DNA of 64,000 nucleotides from an uncultured Candidatus Rokubacteria bacterium (GCA_963771355.1 CAVYTA010000006.1:960001-1024000), one strand, 5' to 3'. Shown: positions 20,454 to 30,075, numbered from the stretch's first letter. Numbers and translations are program-made. The notes: generated from the letters alone by a model not told the origin.

Positions 20454-20708
20454 ATGCCATCGAAACGGAATCCGGCCCCACCAAAGAAGGCCCTGCGCAA
20501 GCCGCTGACCGAGGAGCGCGCCCGTGACGCGATCGCGCGCGAAGAGTCGATCCCCGGCGATAAGGTGCGCATGACTTTTCGCGTCGTGCTGGCGCGCCAG
20601 GACGCCGAAGCCCTCGCCGCCCGGGCGATCCGCGAGGAGAAGAACATCGTCACCCTGGTGACAGAGATTCTCGAGGCCGCCGCGGCGATGGGCCAGGGGG
20701 GTCCGTGA
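20454..20708 (+). CDS. Small hypothetical protein (possible ribbon-helix-helix)
   Basis: GGAGGAGG RBS; RMTFRVVL strand followed by two helices. Confidence 0.6.
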   Translation: MPSKRNPAPPKKALRKPLTEERARDAIAREESIPGDKVRMTFRVVLARQDAEALAARAIREEKNIVTLVTEILEAAAAMGQGGP

Positions 20709-20871
20709 TCGCGACGACGCCGCTTACCGGGTGCAACATCACGCGCGTGACCTTTTGTCGATTTGTTCTCGAAACAGATGGAGTTGCTCAAGCAGGTAGT
20801 TGCAGGTCTCAAACGTGTGGCGTGAGGTAGTCCGCCTCGAGCAGCTCGGCCTGGAAGGGCAGGGTCGTGGT

Positions 20872-21147
20872 CTACGCTCCGGCTCGGGCGTGCGCCAGGC
20901 GGAGCCCTTCGTTGATCCGCGGTACGGCCCCGGGAGCCCGAACCCTCGCCAGGTCCAGCAGCTCGCGCGCCTCATTTTCCGTGCCGACGAATGAGAGGAA
21001 GGTCCCGCGAAGCGGTTGAGGTCGCTCGAGCCGAATGACGGCCTCGAGACGGGACAACAGACTCGACCCCGGATCCACCCAGGCGAGGAGCTTGACGAGC
21101 TCTTCCTGCGTGAGTTCCACGTCGACGGTCTTACCCGCGGTCGTCAT
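20872..21147 (-). CDS. Small hypothetical protein (paralog of 25004..25315)
   Basis: [20 protein letters not shown]...[12 protein letters not shown]. Confidence 0.6.
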   Translation of the reverse strand: MTTAGKTVDVELTQEELVKLLAWVDPGSSLLSRLEAVIRLERPQPLRGTFLSFVGTENEARELLDLARVRAPGAVPRINEGLRLAHARAGA

Positions 21148-21252
21148 GGCCGTCCCTCCGGCGCTGCCTCGTCCGAGGAGTACAACACGCGTGGCCCACG
21201 TATTTAAACCCACGAAAGGTGTCTATGGCTCGGCGCAGAGGGAGGGCCCGTG

Positions 21253-22239
21253 ATGGAGCGACGCACCTTCCTGGCGCTAGTCCCGGCGGGTCTCCTCGCC
21301 GCGCCGGTCGCGGGTGGCGCGCAGCTGGCCGCGAAGCTGTGGCGGATCGGGTATTTGGACCAGGGATCCCTAGTCAACAACCGGCTCTACGTGGACGGGC
21401 TCAGGCAAGGGCTGGGCGACCTCGGCTGGGTCGAAGGGCGAACCATCGTCATCGAGAGCCGGTTCGCCGAGGGCAAGACGGATCAGCTTCCCCGGCTCGC
21501 GGCCGAGCTCGTGCGCTCCAAGGTGGATGTGATCGTCACCTCGACCACCCCGGCGGCCCTGGCGGCCAAGCATGCCACCGCGACGGTCCCCATCGTCATC
21601 GGATTCGTGGCCGATCCGGTCGGGAGCGGCATCGTCGTCAGCCTCGCGCGCCCCGGCGGGAACATCACCGGGTGGACACACTCGGGCCGCGAGCTTCGCG
21701 CCAAGTACCTGGAGCTGCTCAAGGCCGCCGTTCCCAGCGCGACGCGCTTCGGTGTCCTCTGGAACCCGGCGAACCAGGTCCATCAACCCTCGATGCAGAA
21801 CATCGAAGCCGCCGCCCGGCAACTCAAGGTGGAGCTGCACCTGGCAGGCGCGCAGGAATCCAAGGAGCTCGAGCGCGCCGTGTCGGGGCTGATGGAGAAG
21901 CGCGTCCAGGCCCTCGTCGTCTTCCCCGACGGCATGTTCCAATCTCACACATCGCAGATCGTCGCGCTTGCGGCGCGACACCGGCTCCCCGCCGTGTACG
22001 GTCTCAGGGAATTCGCGGAGGCCGGAGGTCTGATGGCCTATGGGGCCAATGTGGCCACAATGCACCGGGAGCTCAGCGCGTCTCTGGTGGACAAGATTCT
22101 CAAGGGGGCCAGGCCGGCAAGCCTTCCCGTCGCGCAGCCGACCAAGTTCGATCTGCTGATCAACCTCAAGACGGCCAAGGCGCTCGGCCTGAGGATCCCG
22201 CCGTCGCTTCTGGCCCGGGCAGATCAGGTGATCGAGTGA
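21253..22239 (+). CDS. ABC transporter substrate-binding protein (ABC_sub_bind family), twin-Arg leader
   Basis: RRTFL leader; DPVGSG...[29 protein letters not shown]. Confidence 0.9.
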   Translation: MERRTFLALVPAGLLAAPVAGGAQLAAKLWRIGYLDQGSLVNNRLYVDGLRQGLGDLGWVEGRTIVIESRFAEGKTDQLPRLAAELVRSKVDVIVTSTTPAALAAKHATATVPIVIGFVADPVGSGIVVSLARPGGNITGWTHSGRELRAKYLELLKAAVPSATRFGVLWNPANQVHQPSMQNIEAAARQLKVELHLAGAQESKELERAVSGLMEKRVQALVVFPDGMFQSHTSQIVALAARHRLPAVYGLREFAEAGGLMAYGANVATMHRELSASLVDKILKGARPASLPVAQPTKFDLLINLKTAKALGLRIPPSLLARADQVIE

Positions 22240-22478
22240 TGGACCGCCGCGCGTTCCTTGCTGGTGCTGCCGGGCTCCTGGCCGCGCCGCTCGCCGCCGT
22301 GGCGCAGCCGGCGGGGAAGGTCTGGCGGATCGGACTCCTCGTCCCCGGCCTGCCGCCCGGCTGCGGCAGCGAACAGCCGACCAAGTTCGAGCTGGTGATC
22401 AATCTCAAGACCGCGAAGGCACTCGGCCTCACGATCCCGCCGTTTGTGCTTGCGCGGGCGGATCAGGTGATCGAGTGA
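22239..22478 (+). pseudogene. Internally deleted ABC substrate-binding gene (N- and C-termini fused in frame)
   Basis: MDRRAFL...PPGCGS joined directly to [19 protein letters not shown]...ADQVIE. Confidence 0.85.
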
Positions 22479-22506
22479 CTGTGGCAGAACCGGACGCATC
22501 CGAACC

Positions 22507-23034
22507 GTGACCGATCAGGGTGTGGTCGTCCTCGGCATCCCAATCCCGTCGTCCTCTCCGTTATTCCTAAGCATCGTGGCGGTACATGTGGTCGCGGGCC
22601 TTATCTGTACCGTCGCGGGAATCGTGGCCATGCTGAGTCCAAAAGGTCCCGGCCGGCATCCGTCTGCAGGGACGCTCTACTACTGGAGTCTGGTGGTGGT
22701 CTTCCTGACCATGGCCGCCCTGTCCATCCTCCGCTGGCCAGCGAACACGCACCTCTTTATCCTAGGCGTCCTGTCATTTGTCGCCGGCGTAATCGGCCGG
22801 ATAGCAAGACGGTCCCGCTGGCCGAGCTGGCTTCCGGTGCACGTCACGGCCATGGCCGTGTCGTACATCGTGCTTCTCACCGCGTTCTACGTGGACAACG
22901 GGCCGCATCTGCCGCTGTGGCGTTCGCTGCCACCGCTGGCGCACTGGCTCCTGCCGAGCCTTGTTGGTCTTCCCATTCTGGTCTGGGTGCTGCGACGCCA
23001 CCCACTAATTCGGCGCGCTCGCAGCGTTCCGTAG
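22507..23034 (+). CDS. Multi-pass membrane protein (DUF2306-like)
   Basis: HVVAG, KGPGRH...G..YYW, H...M..SYI...TAF. Confidence 0.7.
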   Translation: MTDQGVVVLGIPIPSSSPLFLSIVAVHVVAGLICTVAGIVAMLSPKGPGRHPSAGTLYYWSLVVVFLTMAALSILRWPANTHLFILGVLSFVAGVIGRIARRSRWPSWLPVHVTAMAVSYIVLLTAFYVDNGPHLPLWRSLPPLAHWLLPSLVGLPILVWVLRRHPLIRRARSVP

Positions 23035-23171
23035 CCCTCCGTGAACCCTGAGGAGAAAAGGGCGGCTGCTGCTGACGGGCCAGACCGAATGTCGGTAGCG
23101 AACGTAGGCCTTGCGTGACTTGTCGTGCACCCGGCGTGGTTTGAAATGGCCTGGAATACCAGCCGTGCCTC

Positions 23172-23199
23172 TTGACACGAAATAGGATATTACTATAGT
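23172..23199 (+). promoter_or_regulatory. Sigma70-type promoter for the XRE gene
   Basis: TTGACA-16bp-TATAGT in an AT-rich patch. Confidence 0.55.
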
Positions 23200-23218
23200 A
23201 ATGAGCCCACGGAAGAAG

Positions 23219-23407
23219 ATGAGCGCGACGATTCGGAAGCTACGGGAGCGTCACAATATGACCCAGGCGGAGCTCGCTAAGAGGGTGAAGGTGACGCAGG
23301 GCTATATCTCGCAGCTTGAGGCCGGGACCAAGAAAGAACTGGGAGCGAAGGTTGCCCTGCGGCTCGCGGATGCTTTAGGCGTGCCAGTGACGGAGTTGTT
23401 GGGTTGA
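23219..23407 (+). CDS. XRE-family HTH regulator (start 23219 or 23201)
   Basis: IRKLRE..MTQAELAKRVKVTQGYISQLEAG...LADALGV. Confidence 0.88.
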   Translation: MSATIRKLRERHNMTQAELAKRVKVTQGYISQLEAGTKKELGAKVALRLADALGVPVTELLG

Positions 23408-23438
23408 GCAGAATTTGCGCAGAGTCCGCGGGGCCGCG

Positions 23439-23690
23439 ATGAGCCCTGACCTCGACGCCCGCGAGCTTCACCGCGTCATCACCGCTAGCGTGCGCGAGCT
23501 GCTCGAGACCGCCCGGCTCGAGGCGCAGGCCGGCCCGATGGACGTGGCCGAGATCGAGCGCCTCATCTTCCGCGCCGCCGCGCCCATCGTCCACAGCGTG
23601 TCGCCGTTGACCGAGGCGCAGCGCGGCGAGCTGCTCCCGAATATCGTCCGCGTCATGCTGGCGGCCTTCCTCGAGGCGCACGCGCGATGA
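23439..23690 (+). CDS. Small hypothetical protein (3' part duplicated at 24413-24561)
   Basis: High-GC3 ORF; the duplicate differs mostly at synonymous positions. Confidence 0.6.
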   Translation: MSPDLDARELHRVITASVRELLETARLEAQAGPMDVAEIERLIFRAAAPIVHSVSPLTEAQRGELLPNIVRVMLAAFLEAHAR

Positions 23691-23777
23691 CGGCCACCGC
23701 CCGACACTCTACGGCTTCAAAGACCCGGCAGGATCTCGCGCGGCAGCTCGAGGGGCCGGGAGAAACAGGAGAAGCAA

Positions 23778-24143
23778 ATGTTTGACGAACGGGAGCGGAA
23801 GTTACTCCGGGCCTTCTCGGACGTGGTGCGGTTCGAGATCGACGCGCTCCATGACCGCTATGAGACCCTGAAACTCAAAGAGCACGCGCTCCATCTAGCG
23901 CTCGTGCGCAAGGGTGTGCTCACCATCGAAGAGTGGAATAGCGCGGTCACCGAAGCGCGCGCCGAGATCGCCATCCAGCTGGCCACAGCTGACATCACGT
24001 CGGGGCGAGTCCAGGAACGACAAGCGGTTGCTGCGGATCTGGACATGTACTGGGCGGCTGCCCAAGAGCCCGACGGAGCATTTCTCCAGCCGGTCCTCCG
24101 TGTGCTCATCAAGATGCTCAACTTGCCGGAGGAGGGGCGATGA
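23778..24143 (+). CDS. Hypothetical protein
   Basis: AGGAG RBS, 121-aa helical ORF. Confidence 0.55.
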   Translation: MFDERERKLLRAFSDVVRFEIDALHDRYETLKLKEHALHLALVRKGVLTIEEWNSAVTEARAEIAIQLATADITSGRVQERQAVAADLDMYWAAAQEPDGAFLQPVLRVLIKMLNLPEEGR

Positions 24144-24180
24144 TCGCCGCCATCTACGCCCGCAGGCGCACCGACCGAGG
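24140..24180 (+). pseudogene. N-terminal stub of a large serine recombinase
   Basis: MIAAIYARRRT resembles the MxAAIYARxST start; ATGA overlap and GGAGG RBS; no continuation. Confidence 0.45.
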
Positions 24181-24204
24181 AGTAGGGGAGGGAGCACGAC
24201 GACC

Positions 24205-24566
24205 CTACTTCTTCTCGCGAGCCCGCTTGAGCGCCCGCTCGATCGCGGGCAGCGCCTCCGGGGCGTGGACGAGCGCGAGAGCGCGCAAGCCGAGGGCGTC
24301 TGTCACGAAGCCGGTGAAGGGGTAGGGGCCCACCTTGCATTTGCGTGCGCTCGTCTCGGGCTCGACGACCCGGAGCAGACGGGCCGCTACGCGGGAACTG
24401 TTCCTTGCGTGTACGTGGCCGAGATCGAGCGCCTCATTTTCCGCGCTGCCGCGCCCATCGTCCACAGCGTGTCGCCGTTGACCGAGGCGCAGCGCGGCGA
24501 GCTGCTCCCGCATATCGTCCGCGTGATGTTGGCGGCCTTCCTGGAGGCGCAAGCGCGATGACAGCC
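24205..24566. repeat. Chimeric duplication of two gene 3' ends
   Basis: 24214-24412 matches 25010-25208; 24413-24566 matches 23542-23695. Confidence 0.85.
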
Positions 24567-24622
24567 TGGCAAGATCCCACGCGGCTGCACGAGTGGTCGG
24601 GGGAGGAGCCGATCAAATGACG

Positions 24623-24886
24623 CTAGACGGGTTTGGTCCGCTCCAGCTCCCACGCCGCGAAGCACCGGAAGTGCAGGTGGTGCGTTTGCTTTCCGCCGAC
24701 GACTCTACGGAGATCGTCGAAGTGGATCTCCAGTGCCACCTGCTTGCTTGGAATCGTGACCTCGCAAACCGCGCAGAGTTCCCCGCGGCCCGGCCCGCCG
24801 TAGGTGCGATCGGCCGCCCGCCCGGGCAAGCGTCTGTGCGAAATCGCCACGCGCACCTTCTCGCGGAGAAGCAGCTCGTCAGACAT
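24623..24886 (-). CDS. Small CxxC...HxxC putative zinc-binding protein
   Basis: GGPGRGELCAVCEVTI...HFRCFAAW; paralog at 29422..29667. Confidence 0.65.
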   Translation of the reverse strand: MSDELLLREKVRVAISHRRLPGRAADRTYGGPGRGELCAVCEVTIPSKQVALEIHFDDLRRVVGGKQTHHLHFRCFAAWELERTKPV

Positions 24887-25003
24887 GTGGCTAGACATGT
24901 TGATAACCATAGTCGCGCTTCTTTTCGCCGAGCGCCAGAGCCAATGACGGACAGTTTTCGAGCTCTGCAAATAGAGAAATGCGGAACACTCTGCGCGTAT
25001 GGG

Positions 25004-25315
25004 CTACGCCTCGCGAGCCCGCTTCAACGCCCGGTCGATCGCGGGCACGGCGTCCGGGGCATGGACGAGCGCGATGCTGCGCAAGGCGAGCCCGTCCGTC
25101 AGAAAGCCGGTGAAGAGATAGGGGCCCCGCTTGCCTTTGCGTGCGCTCGTTTCGGGCTCGACGACCCGGAGCAGACGGGCCGCTACGCGCGAGCTGTTCC
25201 TTGCGTGTTTCAAGAGCACGAGGTATTGCGCCTCGCTCAGCTCGATCTGAACGGGCAGGGGCTTGGTGGTCGCCACAGTGCCGCCGATAACAGCACGCCG
25301 TCTATAGCTCGTCAA
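25004..25315 (-). CDS. Small hypothetical protein (start uncertain)
   Basis: Paralog of 20872..21147; 3' part duplicated at 24205-24412. Confidence 0.6.
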   Translation of the reverse strand: MTSYRRRAVIGGTVATTKPLPVQIELSEAQYLVLLKHARNSSRVAARLLRVVEPETSARKGKRGPYLFTGFLTDGLALRSIALVHAPDAVPAIDRALKRAREA

Positions 25316-25347
25316 CCCATCGACCGAGAGCAGCAGGGGAGGGGATG

Positions 25348-26427
25348 ATGGCCAAAATCGTCACGCGCGTGTGGACCAGCCGCGGGCCCCACCGGCAAGA
25401 GGATCCGCCACGTGAGCTACGGCTATGACGTTCGGATCGACGGCCGGCGTGAACACACGGTATCAACCGAGTGGACGACGCAGGCCGAGGCGCTCGAGGC
25501 GCTCGGCAACCGGCTCAAGGATGCTGAGCACGGCAAGGTGAGCAAGCCCGCGGATGCCACGCTGGGCGCGCTGGTGGAGACCTATCTCCAGTAAAGGCCG
25601 AGAAACACAAGCGCTCGCTCCGAGAGGATCGCTGCATCCTGAAAACGCGCCTGCTGCCCGCCTTCGGCGCCGAGCTGCCAGCGCGTCGGCTCACCGAGCA
25701 GCTCATCGCGCAGTCGAGCGGCGGCGCACGGGGCAGTGAGTGTGTTCACCGTCGCTAACGAGCTCACGGTGCTGCGGCACATGCTGCGCCTCAGCCGTCG
25801 GTGGGGCTATCTCTCACAGGTGCCCGAGATCGACATGCCGAAGAAGCCGGAGGGGCACCGGCGGTTTTTGGACGAAGCCGAGATCGGGCAGCTCCTCACG
25901 GCGTGCCGCGAGTCGCGCAATCCCTACCTTCCCGCGATCACCACGCTCGCGCTGCACACGGGGATGCGCAAGGCCGAGATCCTCGGGCTCGAGTGGGCGC
26001 GCGTGGATCTCTCGACCTCGCGCCTGACGCTCTACAGGACGAAGAGCGGCAAGCCGCGCGGCCATCCCCATCAACCGCGCGGTATACGGCGCGCTGGTGG
26101 CGTTGGAGCCCGACTAGGCCCGCCGTGAGGGCCTCGTGTTCACGCGGCGCGACGGCGCGGCGTGGGGCAGATTCGCTCGGCCTTCGCCAAGGCCCTTGAG
26201 CGGGCCGGCATCAAGGGCTTCCCGTTCCACGATCTTCGGCACACGGCGGCGACCATCTGGTCATGCGGGGGGCGAGTCTCAAGGACGTGCAGGAGCTCCT
26301 CGGGCATTCCGATCTCAAGATGACGCAGCGCTATGCGCACCTCAGCCCGGCCTATCTCCGCGGAGCCGTGGATCGCCTCGACGGGCTCGCGGGTGGGCAC
26401 ATAGATGGGCACAAAGTGCTAAAATGA
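25348..26427 (+). pseudogene. Tyrosine integrase, multiply frameshifted
   Basis: Fragments in several frames: [38 protein letters not shown]; internal stops at ~25592 and ~26115. Confidence 0.9.
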
Positions 26428-26495
26428 CCTCGACGCCGGACGCTGCGTCTCGCACGTCTGCGCAAGTGGTTGAAGTATCAGCCGCTGGTGGGGAC

Positions 26496-26572
26496 GCCCC
26501 CGTAGCTCAGTTGGATAGAGCAACAGTTTCCTAAACTGTGGGTCGCCTGTTCGATTCAGGCCGGGGGCACCA
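26496..26572 (+). tRNA. tRNA-Arg(CCT)
   Basis: 77-nt cloverleaf, ACAGT-TTCCTAA-ACTGT anticodon arm, CCA end. Confidence 0.95.
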
Positions 26573-26677
26573 CTTCCCACCGAATAGGAAGGCGTCTTTG
26601 ACACCTGAGCAGCGCAGTGAGCTTGTCCGGAAAGCAGCCCGGGCTCGCTGGTCGAAGGCGAAGCGGGCGAAGTAACG

Positions 26678-26887
26678 TCACCTCGGCTCAGCCGACCACA
26701 ACCGTTCGCACACCTCGATCTGCTGCGTCCACGTCGCGTGCAGCTCGCGGTGAACGACCGCGATCTCAGGATGGAAGTCCCGGTAGTGCTCCGGATCGTC
26801 ACCGCCGCACGGCAGACTCGGCGGGATCGTCTTCAGGTTCAGGCGTTCGTACCAGCCTCCGCAGCCGAACTCCGACCAGGGGATCAT
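26678..26887 (-). CDS. Small hypothetical protein
   Basis: ATGA overlap with the upstream ORF. Confidence 0.4.
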   Translation of the reverse strand: MIPWSEFGCGGWYERLNLKTIPPSLPCGGDDPEHYRDFHPEIAVVHRELHATWTQQIEVCERLWSAEPR

Positions 26888-27126
26888 CGGCGACTTGAGC
26901 GAAAGTGCTTCCTGAGATAGGCGGCGAGGCTGGCCTCGTCGTCGCCGCGCGCCTCCGCGTGCGTCTGCCAGGACGTCCCGTCGAATTGATAGTGCGACCA
27001 GCGCCCCCCGAAGACCTGGATGCGGTCGAGGAGATGCTCCCCGTGCGCGAAGAAGCAGGTGCCGCGCGTCGTGGGCACCTGCACCCAGCCGTGCGTTTCG
27101 AGGACTTGGAGGTACGCCGTTAGCAT
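26884..27126 (-). CDS. Small hypothetical protein
   Basis: GGGAGGAG RBS before ATG 27126. Confidence 0.5.
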   Translation of the reverse strand: MLTAYLQVLETHGWVQVPTTRGTCFFAHGEHLLDRIQVFGGRWSHYQFDGTSWQTHAEARGDDEASLAAYLRKHFRSSRR

Positions 27127-27559
27127 TTGGTCTGGCTCTCCTCCCTCGACTAGGAGTGCAATCGAAGCACCACTCCAAAATCGCCAAAAACGTCGCGGGG
27201 ATGCCAGACTTCTCCTGGCCTCGAAGGCATCACATTTGCGGGGTGGCTCACGTGTTCTGGAGCCCGGCCGGCAGGCTCGCCGCCGACCAAACCGCGAGGC
27301 GGCAGGCGCACTACGCGTGTATCGTGTTCGCCTCAATCTCGACGGGACGCTCCACCATCGCGGCGACGAGCCGCCACTAGAGCCCGAGGCATACGACTCC
27401 CAACACGACGGCCAGCCCCGTCGTACTCCAGGCGACAGCCGCTCCACAGGCGAGGAACGGGGCGAGCGGTAGAGCGGCGAAGCAGAGCGTGCTCCTTACA
27501 GGATCGCCCTGACCGCCTGCTCTGGATGCCGTAGTGCTGGAATCGAACGCAACCAGGAG

Positions 27560-27811
27560 GTGCGGCCCGGGCGCTTAAATGTCATCGCCGGGCTCGTGGC
27601 CTTGGTTCTCGTCGGAGCTGTCCTGTGGATCATGTTCTACGGCCCGCGGGCAACGCGGGGTGTCGCCAGCGTCGCCAGCACCGAAACCTCCACCGCTCCG
27701 GCGACGAGCGAGAGCACCACGAGGAACAGCACGAGGTTGATCCAGTCGGCCATCAACCCGCCTCCCCGAGGATCGGCACCAGCTGCGCCGTCTCGCCATC
27801 CACGGGAATGA
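27560..27811 (+). CDS. Small membrane-anchored hypothetical protein
   Basis: Single TM followed by a Ser/Thr-rich tail. Confidence 0.4.
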   Translation: MRPGRLNVIAGLVALVLVGAVLWIMFYGPRATRGVASVASTETSTAPATSESTTRNSTRLIQSAINPPPRGSAPAAPSRHPRE

Positions 27812-27999
27812 CAACCCACTCGCGCATGTGGCCGCACCACTCGACCCTATGCCTGAACCGTGGAGGCTCCCCCATGTACCCGCGGGAGCCGACGCTTTTC
27901 GATCCCCGCCCGTACCGGAACACCGACCCACGGACGTTCAGCTCTCTGCTCTGCGACTAAGCGGAGTCTGCTGACCCGTTCGACTCCACACGCCGAGGG

Positions 28000-28120
28000 C
28001 GAGGGGTCCACCCGGGATGAGTCCGATCCGGTACATCTGCCCTGCCGGTTGCGCCTCGGCGGCGAGCGGTGTGGTAAGCAGCGCGGCAGCACCGGCAAGG
28101 AACGCGCGGCGATCGGTCAC
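28000..28120 (-). pseudogene. N-terminal remnant of an ABC substrate-binding gene
   Basis: [35 protein letters not shown], overlapping the stop of the upstream SBP. Confidence 0.75.
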
Positions 28121-29112
28121 TCGATCACCTGATCCGCCTGCAAGAGCAACGACCGCGGGATCGTCAGGCCGAGGACCTTCGCGGTCTTGAGGTTGATGAT
28201 CAGCTCGAACTTTACCGGCGCCTGGACGGGAAGCTCGTTCGGCGTCGCACCCTTGAGGATGCGATCCGCATAAGTCGCCGCGCGCTGGAAACTATCGAGC
28301 AGGTCATTTCCGTAGGACAGCAGCCCGCCCAGTTCAATGAAATCACGAAACGGATAGACGGCAGGAAGACGGTAGCGAGCAGCCAGCGATGTAATCCTTT
28401 CGCGATGGGTGACCAGGAATGAATCCGTCATCACGACGAGTCCACCATTCGGCGTGCGTGCCTGTGCTGCAATGGCGGATTCGAGCTCTGAGGTGTTGCG
28501 AACAGGGGTGGGAATCGCTTCCATGGCGACGGAGGCAGCGGCGGCTTTGAAGGGGCCCAGATAATATTCCGCAAAGGGCGCCGTTGCCGGGTTGAAGATG
28601 AAGGCGACCCGGGCGACACGCGGCGCAACCTCCTTGAGCAGCTCCAGCCACTTGCTGGCCATTGTCGGCTCAATGTTGGTAAACCCGGTGACGTTGCCAC
28701 CAGGCCGCGGAAAGCTCGCAACGAAGCCGCTGCCGATCGGATCCGAAACGACCGCGAAGACGATGGGGATGGTGCGCGTGTGTTGCAGCAAAGTCGCCGT
28801 GGTAGGGGTGTTATGTGAAAGAATGAGGTCGGGCTGTAGCGCGACAAGCTCCTTCGCGAATCGTTGCATCGCTGGCGCGTCGGACGACGTCGCCCAGCGA
28901 ATATCGATGCGGACGTTGCGGCCCTCCGTCCACCCGAGCGTCTGGAGCCCCTTGCGGAACGCCCCGACGCGGGCCTGTGCTGGCGGGTCCCTCTCGGCAA
29001 GCCCCATCAGCACCCCGATCCGCCGCATCTGACTTGTTTGCTGGGCCCCGGCGGCGAGCGGCGCGGTAAGGAAACCTCCTGAGACCAGCGCGAGGAGCGT
29101 GCGTCGCTCCAT
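28117..29112 (-). CDS. ABC transporter substrate-binding protein (ABC_sub_bind family)
   Basis: MERRTLL leader; DPIGSG...RPGGNVTG; PVKFELIINLKTAK. Confidence 0.9.
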   Translation of the reverse strand: MERRTLLALVSGGFLTAPLAAGAQQTSQMRRIGVLMGLAERDPPAQARVGAFRKGLQTLGWTEGRNVRIDIRWATSSDAPAMQRFAKELVALQPDLILSHNTPTTATLLQHTRTIPIVFAVVSDPIGSGFVASFPRPGGNVTGFTNIEPTMASKWLELLKEVAPRVARVAFIFNPATAPFAEYYLGPFKAAAASVAMEAIPTPVRNTSELESAIAAQARTPNGGLVVMTDSFLVTHRERITSLAARYRLPAVYPFRDFIELGGLLSYGNDLLDSFQRAATYADRILKGATPNELPVQAPVKFELIINLKTAKVLGLTIPRSLLLQADQVIE

Positions 29113-29421
29113 CACGGGTCCCTTTTCAGTGCCGCTTTGAGCAGCCCCCGGATCGCCGCGTCGAGCTCCCGCCGGGCCTCCGACTTCCGCTGCCGGCTCC
29201 GAACGGCCCGACACCGGCCCCTGCACACCGCCTGGCCGGCGTGGATCGGCACCTTCTGGCACACGGGTCATAGCCGGGAGGCTAGCACGTCCTCAGGCGG
29301 TACTCCGGATCGTCGTCGACAGGACGATGGTCAAGGGCATGGTCGGTCTCCCGCCCGACAAGGTGCACTGCAGCACATACGTGGCTTGCATTCCGTCGGG
29401 CGCGCCCAGCAGCGGCACCGG

Positions 29422-29667
29422 TTACACATCGCATGTGGGCCACTCCTTCGACCAGACGTCGTAGCATTTGCGATGGAGCCGGATGGTGCCGCCGCCGGGC
29501 AGGTCGCATTCGACTTCGACGTCGCTGGCCGCGATGGGCCTCTCGCATGCCACGCAGATGCCGCCGGTTCCGGGCCCATACCAAGTCATGCGGCAGTGCA
29601 CCTTCGGGAGAACCCCGGCAAGGATCTTCTCCCGGATCGCGTGCCGCAGATCGTCGGATGGGCTCAT
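29422..29667 (-). CDS. Small CxxC...HxxC putative zinc-binding protein
   Basis: YGPGTGGICVACERPI...HRKCYDVW. Confidence 0.65.
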   Translation of the reverse strand: MSPSDDLRHAIREKILAGVLPKVHCRMTWYGPGTGGICVACERPIAASDVEVECDLPGGGTIRLHRKCYDVWSKEWPTCDV

Positions 29668-29704
29668 GGCGAGGAGCATACGCCAGGCCGCTGGCTTCCA
29701 CCTT

Positions 29705-29836
29705 GGAGCCAAGCCCGGCGATCTCCCCATGGAGCAACCCGCGAAGTTCGAGCGGGTCATCCACCTCAAGAGCGCCAAGGCCCTCGGCGTGACCATCCCG
29801 AAGTCCCTCCTACTCCGAGCAGATCAGGTGCTCGAC
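29705..29836 (+). pseudogene. C-terminal remnant of an ABC substrate-binding gene
   Basis: GAKPGDLPMEQPAKFERVIHLKSAKALGVTIPKSLLLRADQVL. Confidence 0.8.
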
Positions 29837-30003
29837 TGGCTCTCCCGGGGCCCCACCCGAGCATCCCCCTCCCACCTCGCCTCAGGTCCGGCACGGGCTG
29901 TATGTCCCCGTTCCGTGTGCACTTTATGTCGGTGTCATCTCCTTGACAGTCGATTCTCCTCGAGGACTATTCGCAAGTGCGCAATCTGTTTAGGGATTCC
30001 CCT

Positions 30004-30019
30004 TGGCCTGCACCTTGCT
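30004..30019 (+). promoter_or_regulatory. Candidate sigma54 promoter
   Basis: TGGCCTGCACCTTGCT (GG-N10-GC). Confidence 0.4.
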
Positions 30020-30075
30020 AGGATATGGAGCATGATTCAGGGGGGGTCTCGATCTCTGCCGAAGGCCGGCGCGGG

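Larger units (their letters stand above)
20345..29900. mobile_element. Degraded genomic island(s) flanking tRNA-Arg(CCT); boundaries approximate
   Basis: Integrase pseudogene, XRE, gene fragments, duplications and visibly AT-richer patches between core genes; no att duplication found. Confidence 0.6.

Noticed and set aside
25348..26427. Integrase frameshifts as programmed recoding or sequencing error
   Set aside because: Many lesions plus in-frame stops against nearly error-free core genes indicate real decay.
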